Of a stretch of 64,000 bases of DNA, positions 29,265 to 38,700 are shown one piece after another. Under the pieces are notes generated by a model. It was not told the DNA's origin, did not search any database, and saw only the letters and a program-made list of their open reading frames with translations. The stretch's first letter is position 1. Each line of letters begins with the position of its first letter. The translations under genes and the position numbers were made by a program. Origin of the DNA: Candidatus Latescibacterota bacterium (lineage in GTDB: Bacteria > Latescibacterota > UBA2968 > UBA8231); the NCBI GenBank assembly GCA_965204725.1, contig OZ242005.1, forward strand, positions 4,608,001-4,672,000. The letters run 5' to 3'.

Positions 29265-29478
29265 GGACGAGTGACGACGGCTAACCAACGAAGCGTAGAA
29301 AAGCCCCTTCTACATTTTAAGCTCCTGTTTTTTTCAATCCTTTAGGGCATTCCTGAAGGATTTTTTTGTGCGTGGTCGGCTCGTTGGGATGCAGATAGCC
29401 TCTGTTCATTCGTTATATCTCGTTGCATGTTTAGACAAACATATATTCCATCCCCCCTTTGATGGAGGTCGTGTTATG
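29265..29478 (+). promoter_or_regulatory. Repeated cassette A: UAS palindrome, IHF-like site, hairpin/U-tract, sigma54 -24/-12, RBS
   Basis: GTAGAA-N7-TTCTAC 29295-29313; hairpin 29336-29367; GG(29386)-N10-GC(29398). Confidence 0.65.
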
Positions 29479-29626
29479 AGTGGAATCATACCCACGGGTT
29501 GGCCGAACTCCAGCCCGAACGGGTGTAGTAGCCTGTGTTTGATTTTGACGGTTCTCGGCAACGCCGATGAACAAACACTTATTCAAACGAACAAAAGTAT
29601 ATTCAAACCAACAAAAGGTTGTTCAC

Positions 29627-29770
29627 GTGACGAGCAACAAAGGCTGAGTGGCGAAGCGTAGAAAAATTTCTCCTACATTTCTAACATTCATGTTTTTCAA
29701 TCCTTTAGGGACATTCCTAAAGGATTTTTTTGTGCGTGGTGCGGCCCGTTGGCACACAATATGCGTATAT
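29627..29770 (+). promoter_or_regulatory. Repeated cassette B with near-consensus sigma54 promoter
   Basis: GTAGAA 29658; perfect stem AATCCTTTAGG/CCTAAAGGATT plus T-tract; TGGCACACAATATGC (GG 29751, GC 29763). Confidence 0.75.
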
Positions 29771-29848
29771 GCCAGCGGAGTTGAAGCCGAGCGTATTTGA
29801 AAACCTTGTCCTCGTGTACACGGGGGCAGCCTTCAAAGGAGACTTCTA

Positions 29849-31852
29849 ATGAAGAAGAGGATTCGCTTGATCCTGACGATTCTGCTCAGCTTGAGCGGGG
29901 CGTTGCCAGCCGCCGCCACGGACTACGAGACCGCGAACGATCTGCTGCTAGTTTTTCTCCCCTTGGCCCCGACAACCTTGGTCGCGGAACCCGGCGATGG
30001 CGCGGCCATGTTACGCTGGGACTATCCGCACCACGCTATCGATGATTGGCAATATCGACAGAATGCAGGGGACTGGCAGGATATACCCGACGCCGACGAG
30101 TATAGGGTGACGGACCTGACTAATGGGGCCACCTACACCTTTGAGGTGCGGGCACACAACGCCTCCGGGTGGGGTCCGGCCTCGAATACGGCGACGGTGA
30201 CGCTCAACGCCGCGCCGATGATCACGGGCCTCGAAAGGGCCTCTTTTGCTGAAAACGGCCAAGGGCCGGTGACCACCTTCTTGGCCCGCGATGCAGAAGG
30301 CGACCCAATTACGTGGTCGCTGTCGGGGCGGGATGCAGGGGCTTTCACGTTCACCACCGACGTGGAACGCAATACGATGGACCTTTTGTTCCAGTTGGTG
30401 CCCGACTACGAACATCCTTCCGATGTTTCTCCTACTGACAACGACTATCAGGTGACCCTAGTGGCCTCCGACCACGGCCTGCCAGCGCTTTCTACCAACT
30501 ACTTGGTGACAGTGAGGGTGGTAAATGTGGATGATGCCGGTTCGATGCCGGTGATGGCCGAGCCAGAGCGGTCTCGCCACACCTCGCAGGCCGAGTATGT
30601 GGGCCGGGTGATGCGGGCCGTATTCAGGTACTACAAAGGCATTATAGCTTGGGTGTTGCGGGGCGCGGTCAATCACGTGCGCGACGTATTCGGTGCCGGC
30701 AAGCGCACCCAGCGCGATGCGGACGCGCTGGCGCAAGCAAAGGTGCCGGATGCGCCGAAGGTGTCGGTGGACTCGGCTGCGACTCGGGTGGACGTGTCGG
30801 TGTTCAAGCCCGCGTCCAACGGCTCAGCACTGACTGCCTATGAGTACCGTCTGGTCATAGACCGCCTACAGGAAAAGGTAGAGCGGGTGGCCAAGAGGAG
30901 TACGAAGGTGCTGCTGTTGGGCGAGACCGGCGTGGGCAAGGGCTTACTCGCCCGAGTCATCCACCACAAGAGCCTGCGCTGCACGAAAGACTTCATCTCC
31001 GTCAATTGCGGTGCCTTACCCCCCGGCTTGGTCGAAAGCACACTGTTCGGCCACGAGAAAGGGGCCTTTACGAGCGCGGTAAGCCAGCACATCGGCTATT
31101 TTGAACAGGCACACGGCGGCACCTTGTTCCTCGATGAGATCGGCGATTTGCCGCTGGACTCGCAACGGGTGTTGCTCAAAGTCTTGGAGGATCGTTGCCT
31201 GACCCGGGTTGGCGGCAGGAAGTCGATCCCAATAGATGTGCGGATCGTGGCGGCGACCAATCGCGATCTACAACGAGCGATCCGGGAAAAGACGTTCCGG
31301 GACGACCTGTACTATCGCTTGAACGTGTTTCCGTTGAGGTTGCCACCGTTGCGGGATCACCAGGAGGATATTCCGCTGTTGGCGGATTATTTTTTGCGCT
31401 GGTATGCCAAGGAGCAACAGCAGTCAGTGCTGACGTTGAGCGACGAGGCACTGGCATACTTGCAGGGGTATGCTTGGCCGGGGAATGTGCGCGAGTTGGA
31501 TCACTGGATTCAGCGGGCGTTAATCATGTGCGATGGGGAGCGCATTGAGGTGGCGGATGTGTTGACGGCAGAAGCCATGGAAGCGGAGTTGTCGTCTTCG
31601 GCGGCTACTTTGCCGGTTGCACCGGAGGCTGAAGGCGCGGGAGCGATGCAGCCGGTTGATGAGAAGCAGCGAATTGCTGAGGCCCTTCGGCTCACCAATT
31701 GGGTGGTCTCTGGAAACCGGGGAGCGGGGCGCTTGTTGGGTATGAGCGCGCAGACGCTGAGGTATCGGATGCGCAAGTATGGGATACAACGGCCGAAGGA
31801 AGAGCTTGGGCCGGAGGATTGGGAAAGGTTGTCTCGACAAGCGATTACATGA
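29849..31852 (+). CDS. Chimeric protein: signal peptide-FN3-cadherin-(partial FN3)-sigma54 activator AAA+-Fis HTH
   Basis: GETGVGK, ESTLFGHEKGAFTSA, FLDEIG, WPGNVREL, TLRYRMRKYGI; FN3 YTFEVRA; cadherin PDYE..D...DNDY. Confidence 0.8.
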   Translation: MKKRIRLILTILLSLSGALPAAATDYETANDLLLVFLPLAPTTLVAEPGDGAAMLRWDYPHHAIDDWQYRQNAGDWQDIPDADEYRVTDLTNGATYTFEVRAHNASGWGPASNTATVTLNAAPMITGLERASFAENGQGPVTTFLARDAEGDPITWSLSGRDAGAFTFTTDVERNTMDLLFQLVPDYEHPSDVSPTDNDYQVTLVASDHGLPALSTNYLVTVRVVNVDDAGSMPVMAEPERSRHTSQAEYVGRVMRAVFRYYKGIIAWVLRGAVNHVRDVFGAGKRTQRDADALAQAKVPDAPKVSVDSAATRVDVSVFKPASNGSALTAYEYRLVIDRLQEKVERVAKRSTKVLLLGETGVGKGLLARVIHHKSLRCTKDFISVNCGALPPGLVESTLFGHEKGAFTSAVSQHIGYFEQAHGGTLFLDEIGDLPLDSQRVLLKVLEDRCLTRVGGRKSIPIDVRIVAATNRDLQRAIREKTFRDDLYYRLNVFPLRLPPLRDHQEDIPLLADYFLRWYAKEQQQSVLTLSDEALAYLQGYAWPGNVRELDHWIQRALIMCDGERIEVADVLTAEAMEAELSSSAATLPVAPEAEGAGAMQPVDEKQRIAEALRLTNWVVSGNRGAGRLLGMSAQTLRYRMRKYGIQRPKEELGPEDWERLSRQAIT

Positions 31853-31924
31853 CCTAGACAGTGCGCGGGATATTGTTGAGCAGTATCCCGCGTACTAACT
31901 AAATGATCGACCCGCGAATCTATA

Positions 31925-32090
31925 GGACGAGTGACGACGGCTAACCAACGAAGCGTAGAAAAGCCCCTTCTACATTTTAAGTTCATGTTTTTCAATCCTT
32001 TAGGGCATTCCTGAAGGATTTTTTGTGCGTGATCGGCTCGTTGGGATGCAGATAGCCTCTGTCCATTCGTTATATCTCGTTGCATGTTTA
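31925..32090 (+). promoter_or_regulatory. Repeated cassette C (its 5'UTR interrupted by the IS)
   Basis: Near-identical to cassette A; GG(32043)-N10-GC(32055); UTR resumes at 32935. Confidence 0.65.
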
Positions 32091-32934
32091 GAAGCTATCT
32101 CATAAATACCGTAGCAGTATGAGGATGCATCCGAGTTGTACAAAGCCGAGGTAGTTTTCAGCATAGTATTCGTATCGAACCACGATGCGGCGGAAGTTAT
32201 GCAACCAAGCAAACAGTCTTTCTATTTTCCAGCGTCTTTTGTAGCCCCGCAACCGCCGCCCGTCCTGGGTTTTGGCCTGCGTACGATTGCGGCGATGCGG
32301 CGCGATCATCTCAATGCCTTGGTCGGCCAGGCTCGCATCCAATCGATCCGAGTCGTAGGCTCGGTCCCCGATGAGTCGTTGCGGTCGGGGCTGGACCCAT
32401 CGGTTTTCCAGGGTGGCTTCTACGAGGGTGACTTCGTGCGGCGAAGCACTTTGGATGAGTACGGCGATAGGAAGACCAGCGCGGTCTGCCACTGCCATGA
32501 GCTTCGTACCTTTGCCCCGCTTGGTCGGACCCACTTGGTCCCCCCTTTTTTCGCCGCGACAAACAGGCCATCGATGAAGCATTCGCTCACATCAAGGCCC
32601 CCGCGCTCATGCAAGTCGTGCGCGAGGGTGCGCAGAATATGTTCAAAGGTGCCATCAGACGACCACTGTTGGAATCGACGATGGCAGGTCTGGTAGGACG
32701 GATAGCGAGCAGGCAGGTCATGCCCAGGCGCCCCGGTGCGGAGAATCCACAGAATACCATTGAGCACCGCTCGGTTACAACGCCACGGACGACCCCGGCC
32801 ATCGCGGCGTTTGGGACACGCCGGCAGCAGTGGGGACACTATCGACCACTGTTCGTCTGTAAGATCCATAAGAGATACCTCCGAAAGGGAATACCACTAA
32901 CGTAGCACAGCCAGACTATTTATGAGATAGCTTC
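32091..32934 (-). mobile_element. IS5 family element (IS427-like), 844 bp
   Basis: Perfect 18-bp TIR GAAGCTATCTCATAAATA; TA duplication; the uninterrupted site is visible in cassette A. Confidence 0.92.
32100..32869 (-). CDS. IS5-family transposase, two ORFs joined by probable -1 frameshift
   Basis: OrfA 32869-32420 (DLTDEQW, RFQQW); OrfB to 32100 ([17 protein letters not shown]); slippery A6G6 at 32540-32551. Confidence 0.88.
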
Positions 32935-32978
32935 TAGACAAACATATATTCCATCCCCTATTTGCCGGAGGTCGTGTT

Positions 32979-34556
32979 ATGCTCGGTGTACGCCATTCCT
33001 CATCTCCTATTAGGTTGCGTCCTAGGCTCGTGCGTCCGACGAGGGGCTGTCTGGTGCTGTTGCTGCTGTTGCCTGTTGGGCTTTCGGGGCAAGAAACCCA
33101 GCAGGTGACCCTATATACGTCGGATGGCTCGCAGCAGCGGCTGATCAGTGCGCCGCTGGTGGTCGATGTGGGACTACCCAGCCCGATGGAGGCCCCTATC
33201 TCAGCGGTGATCGGCACGGGCACGGGTACGCGGCGGACGGAGGTGGAGGTCGTCGTCCGTGACAGCGCGGGTAGGCAATCCAGCTATGCGAAAGGAGGGG
33301 TTCGGGCCTTGGCGGCTGACATGTCGGGCAATGTGTGGGTGGGGACTTCAACGGGTCTGAGCCGGTTCGATGGCCAGCAGTGGATGACCTTCACGTACGA
33401 TCACATCCGCCTGGCCGTCCGCTCGCTGGCCGTGGATGGTCAGGGGCAGGTGTGGGTCGGAAATTGGGGGGATGTCACCCGGTTCGATGGCCAGCACTGG
33501 ACCTGCTATAAAGGACTATGGGGACACAGGATCGCGGTAGCACCGAATGGGGATGTGTGGTGTACCGGCACCGTCTACGGAAGTTCGGTTGGGTTCTCCC
33601 TGCTGGCGCGTTTCGACGGGCAGGCTTGGTGGACCTACGACTACGCCGATATGGGGGTCGTTGATAGCGAGCCTTGGTGGACCTACGCCATCGGCCTGCT
33701 GGAGCGTTTCGACGAGGAGGGTGGGTGGTGGAAAGAGGCCAATATTACACGGGGCTTTAGTAGCGTCCTCGTTACCGACATCGCGGTTGATCGATCCGGC
33801 ACACTCTGGGCGGTTCTTGAGTTTTACAAGCCTAGGGGCACCTCTGGGGAATATATATGGAGTAGCCTGCTCTCCTTTGATGGGACGCGGTGGACATCGT
33901 ACTTGGGCAGTTTCGGGAATATCTTCTCTGACAGCCAAGGTCGCGTTTGGTTGGATTGTGGGGTATTGAGTGTCAAGGACGGTTGGACGTGGGGATTGTG
34001 TTTCAAGGAGGGTTCGACGTGGAGGTATTACAAAGGTTTGAATCTTTATAATTGGGGGGCTGCCAGGAGCCGCCTGTGGGCGAGGAAAGGAGAGTATTTT
34101 GGCATGCTGGAGGGGACCACTTGGACCGGGTTCTCTTGGGAGGAGTTCCGAGTTGAGCATGCCCCGGTCTTCGACAGTCGGGGTGATCTGTGGATTCCCG
34201 CACGCGATGGCCTGTACCGATGGCACCGTCCCGATCTACCTACGGCGATTGCATCCTCGTCTATGTCCGGTGCGCCGCGCTCGTTCCACCTAGCACAGAA
34301 TTATCCCAACCCCTTCAATCACGCCACGCACATCGGCTTTACCCTCCAACAGCCATCGGCGATGTCGCTGCAAGTGTTCAACACCCACGGCCAGTTGGTG
34401 GCCACCTTGGTAGAAGGCATGCGGCAGGCGGGGACCTATCAGGCTGCTTGGGACGGGCGCGATGCTCACGGCCAAGCTGTCAGCAGTGGGGTGTATATTG
34501 TGCGGCTGGACGCTGAAGGGCGGCAGGCTACTCGCAAGATGCTGCTGATTCAATAA
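32979..34556 (+). CDS. Secreted beta-propeller with FlgD-Ig/T9SS-like C-terminal domain (copy 2)
   Basis: Paralog of 26542..28122 with conserved ends and divergent core. Confidence 0.8.
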   Translation: MLGVRHSSSPIRLRPRLVRPTRGCLVLLLLLPVGLSGQETQQVTLYTSDGSQQRLISAPLVVDVGLPSPMEAPISAVIGTGTGTRRTEVEVVVRDSAGRQSSYAKGGVRALAADMSGNVWVGTSTGLSRFDGQQWMTFTYDHIRLAVRSLAVDGQGQVWVGNWGDVTRFDGQHWTCYKGLWGHRIAVAPNGDVWCTGTVYGSSVGFSLLARFDGQAWWTYDYADMGVVDSEPWWTYAIGLLERFDEEGGWWKEANITRGFSSVLVTDIAVDRSGTLWAVLEFYKPRGTSGEYIWSSLLSFDGTRWTSYLGSFGNIFSDSQGRVWLDCGVLSVKDGWTWGLCFKEGSTWRYYKGLNLYNWGAARSRLWARKGEYFGMLEGTTWTGFSWEEFRVEHAPVFDSRGDLWIPARDGLYRWHRPDLPTAIASSSMSGAPRSFHLAQNYPNPFNHATHIGFTLQQPSAMSLQVFNTHGQLVATLVEGMRQAGTYQAAWDGRDAHGQAVSSGVYIVRLDAEGRQATRKMLLIQ

Positions 34557-34662
34557 AGTGTTGCCTTGGCCTTAGCAGCTTGAGCGGCGTGGTTCCGACG
34601 ACCAAAAAGTTGTTCACATAAAGAAAAAGCTGCCCAACATGACCAAAAAGCTATCCAACATG

Positions 34663-34800
34663 GTGAGCAACAACGGCTGATCTGCTAAGTGTAGAAAAGT
34701 TCCTTTTACATTTTTTAAGTTCATGTTTTTCAATCCTTTAGGGTAATCCTGAAGGATTTTTTTGTGCGTGGTCGGCTCGTTGGCACGAAATGTGCTTATA
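34663..34800 (+). promoter_or_regulatory. Repeated cassette D with near-consensus sigma54 promoter
   Basis: GTAGAA 34691; hairpin 34732-34763; TGGCACGAAATGTGC (GG 34782, GC 34794). Confidence 0.75.
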
Positions 34801-34944
34801 GCTGATTGAAGTCGAAGCCGATGCAGGAAAGGAGGCCGCGCTCGGTATTCGGTATATTGATCATTCCGCACCACTCACATTCCGTCTCTGTCTGGCCGCT
34901 CGCCGATGGAACGGATTTCTCATCTCTCACGGAGGAGACGTATC

Positions 34945-35754
34945 ATGAAAATGAAGAAGATTCGCTTGCTCTTGGTAGTGCTGCTCGGCTTGAGCCGGGT
35001 GCTGCCAGCCGACGCCACGGACGACGAGGCGTCGGATTACCTGCCGCTGGCCGTGGGCAACTCGTGGACCTACGGCCACGATTACTATGACCTATTCAAT
35101 CATTTGGATGCGGTTCAGTGGTATCCCGCGTACTATAGATCTTCGACCCTCGATGAATCTACCCAACTTCCCAAGTTCACCATCACGGTGCAGGGCACAG
35201 AGGTCATTGATGGCAAGACGTATTACGTGCTCAGCGATATGCCCGCCTATTGGCCGCCAGCCCCCCCGCACTTCATCGCCGGCAAGAAGCTACGCTGGGC
35301 GGGTACGCACCTGATGGAACGCACCGCCGATGGCGAGCAGGCCATCTTTCGCTTTGACGGGACCACCGACGATTATAGCCAGACCGATTCCTTCTATGGA
35401 GGATATCTGAATTTCCGCTTTGAGGAATCGAAGGTGTACAGGACCGAATACGCCATCCCAACGACGGAGGGAGACAACCGGGTCGAAGTGGAAGCGGGTC
35501 TGAAACCGGTACCGTGGTATGTGTTCCAGTTTTATGGCAACGATGCAGGGGGGCGTGCGTGCGGCTTTCTTGCAGGCTACGGTTGCAATCTGTGCGGATG
35601 GGGGACATTCGGCTCCGATTTTCTCTCGTTCTTCAACGAACTGACCCCTCTCCGAGCGGTTATCGACGGCACTTCGGTGGAATTTGACGATGCGTTAGTT
35701 CCTACGAACATCTCGTCGTCGTCTTGGGGCCAAGTCAAGAAGGAGGTTCACTGA
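34945..35754 (+). CDS. Secreted hypothetical protein with SWGQVK tag (copy 2)
   Basis: Near-identical to 28298..29107; stop overlaps the next start (TGATG). Confidence 0.8.
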   Translation: MKMKKIRLLLVVLLGLSRVLPADATDDEASDYLPLAVGNSWTYGHDYYDLFNHLDAVQWYPAYYRSSTLDESTQLPKFTITVQGTEVIDGKTYYVLSDMPAYWPPAPPHFIAGKKLRWAGTHLMERTADGEQAIFRFDGTTDDYSQTDSFYGGYLNFRFEESKVYRTEYAIPTTEGDNRVEVEAGLKPVPWYVFQFYGNDAGGRACGFLAGYGCNLCGWGTFGSDFLSFFNELTPLRAVIDGTSVEFDDALVPTNISSSSWGQVKKEVH

Positions 35755-38700
35755 TGTACAATAGATACGTATTGCTCGCTATCCTCTTGATACAGACGCT
35801 CGGTGCGTCTGAGGTCGGTGCTCGCGGTTCGGCGATTACGGGTCGGGCGTCTCTTCGTGCGGACACGACATATCCCTGTACGCTGGATGTGGTGTTGGTC
35901 ACCTTCCAAAATGCGACAGTGCGCGTGGGCAACTTCGACTATCACCTCCATGACCGGCCCCACGGCTCCAACGACGACGGGACGTATCCTGACCCTGATA
36001 CTAGTTACACGTTGCGCGATTTTGAACGGCTGTTCAGCGGCGGCTACGGTCGCTTGGAGAATTTGCCTCTTGTCGGCGACACGGTCACGGTGGGCAATCG
36101 GGAGGCTAACCGCGAGACGCTGAAGGAAGTGTTCGGCAGTGTGCGGGCGTATTACGACTCGGTGTCCAATGGGGCGTTCCAACTGCACGTGCGCATGATC
36201 AATCCGGCCGATGACAACGGATTCCCTCGCTGGGTCGAACTGCCGCAAACCAAGGCCCGTTATGACAGGACCAACTTGACGATAGGTGAGCACCGATTCT
36301 GGCGAGACGCGTATGCGGCGGCGTGGGATTCGGTGCGCTGCTGGAATTCGGATCCGAATCTATTCCCTCCGGATCCTCCTAACTGCGGGGCGTCGGTAGA
36401 AGGATACGCCATCGATGACCTCCCCAATAACTCTTACAATACTGATCGCCGCTTACGTCGTAAAGTGGTTTACCTGTATTCCGGGACGACCTATCACAAC
36501 TACGGCCTGCTACATCCGCATGCGGATAGGACTACACTGCCCAACCCAAGTCCAAGGTTTCCCACAGATGTCGGCTACCGCTATGTCATGGGTGAGCGTC
36601 AAGGCTGGGGCAACAACGACGATGACATTGACGAGTTCGCCGGTATCGGCATGCACGCCCATGAAATCGGCCATCTGCTGGGCCTCCATCACGGGGACGG
36701 CCTGTGGACTGATCCCGATAATCAGTATGTTGATGGCGCACAAGAATATAACAATGATGGTGGTGCCAACATGCTGGGGTGGACGTTGATGCAAGGCGGG
36801 GGCGAACAGGGGCCGGCATTAGAAGACACCAATAACGATGAGGGTGAGCGATTAGTAGGTTACCGCTCGTGCCCCAATCCGATCAATCCCTTTTACCTGA
36901 TGGACCTCGGCTGGATCAATCCGCCCACGATTAGTGGGAGTCAGGATAATTACGCCATCGCGGCTGGGACGACCCATCGGATTGACCGCGGCGGGGTTTC
37001 CTATTTACTCAATCGCCGCACGACTCAGCCGTTTGGCGGGCGCTACCTCGCGTTCTACGACTACGCCGCCGAAGACAGCGAAGATCAGGGTCTGATGATT
37101 TGGCGGCGAGAGATTAACGGGGAAGAGCGGCCGATTCTGATCGTCGCCGACGGAAGGCGTTACCGAGACGCTCGGCCGGGGTATCCCCGGAGGGAATACT
37201 TTGACATGCTCTCCGACCCGTTCCCGGGCAGGGAGAACATCACGGCGGTTGATGCTCTGTCAGACTCAGTAGGTCTGCGCCAAAAAACCTATCCTAGCAT
37301 TGACAGGAATAGACAACCTCGCGGCGAGAACGTGGACCCGGGCCGCTTGAACTTGGCACTTACCGACATAACCTACAATAGCACCACCGATGTGATAACG
37401 GTGGACATCTACATGGCCCCTCCGACTACCCCGACCGGTCTGACGGCGGCAACCCAAAACGGGCAGGTGACGTTGAGTTGGCGGCCTCTGTCCTACTCTG
37501 GTCCCCCGCCTAGCTACGAGTACCGACAGAGCATCGATAGGGGCACCAATTGGGGAGAGGAGATACAGGTAGATGCCAATGCGTGTAGCCAGACGGTGTG
37601 CAGTCAGACGATAAGCGGGCTGACCAATAGTACGGACAACGCTTTCGCGGTACGGGCAGTCAACCCCGTAGGTTCCAGCGACTGGGTAAGCATACGCCCC
37701 TTGGTGCTGGCAGGCTCGACCGCGATAGAGGGTTTTTCCGAGGTCGTCTCGCCCGAGCCCGGCCGTCGCACGGTGGCTAACTACACGGCGACCGATCCGG
37801 AGGGCGGCTCGATTACGTGGTCCTTGGGGGGTACGGACGCGGCGGATTTCCTCCTGAGTCCGAACGGTCAGTTGACCTTTCGGACGGGTCCAGACTTTGA
37901 GGCCCCGACGGACCAAGATACCGACAATATCTACCAAGTGACCGTGCAGGCCAGTGCCGGGCAGCAGTCGGCGGCGCTAGACGTGACCGTGACCGTGACG
38001 AATGCGAATGATCCCGGCGTATTGTCGCTGGGTACATCCCCGCCGCAGGTGGGGGTGCCGTTGACAGCCGAACTGACCGACCCAGATGGGGGGGTGAAGC
38101 ACCTAAGCTGGCAATGGCATGGACAGCAACCGCCTACGACGGTGTGGCGATCTCTTATGGAGGAGGGGTCGGACAACTCGTCTGCGAGCTATACGCCGAA
38201 GGCCGAGCAGGTGGGCTGGGCGCTGCGAGCAATGGTCAAGTCCTATCACGACGCACTCGGCGGGAACAGTACTGTTACGAGCACGACGACCGATCCGGTG
38301 CGAGCCGGGGTGCCGGGTGCGCCACCGAATTTTATACCCTCGCCGGGGGATGGTCGCGTGGTCTTGGGGTGGGATGCGGCTTCGACCAATGGCTCGCCCA
38401 TCACTCGCTATGACGTTCAATGGCGGGTGGCCAATTCGGGGCACGGCTGGCCGGGTTGGTCCCCTGTGTTGGGCGGCGGCACTGCCCGCGATAGTACGGT
38501 TACAGGACTGACCAATGGGGTGCTCTACGAGTTCGCGGTGCGAGCGGTCAACAGCGCTGGCGGGGGTCCGTCGGCCTCGCAATCAACGATACCGCAGGCG
38601 CCGCCGCAGAATTGGTCCGGGACCGCATCGTTTGGGGCCGTGTCGTACCAAGCGACCGAAGGGGGTGCTAGCGCGTCCATCACGGTGTCGCTGTCGCCAG

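Noticed and set aside
29265-34800. Integron attC cassette array
   Set aside because: No GTTRRRY/RYYYAAC core pairs recognised and no integrase; repeats precede genes and carry promoter motifs
28298-35754. Diversity-generating retroelement (TR/VR pair)
   Set aside because: Differences are not adenine-specific, both copies are full genes, and no reverse transcriptase is in the window
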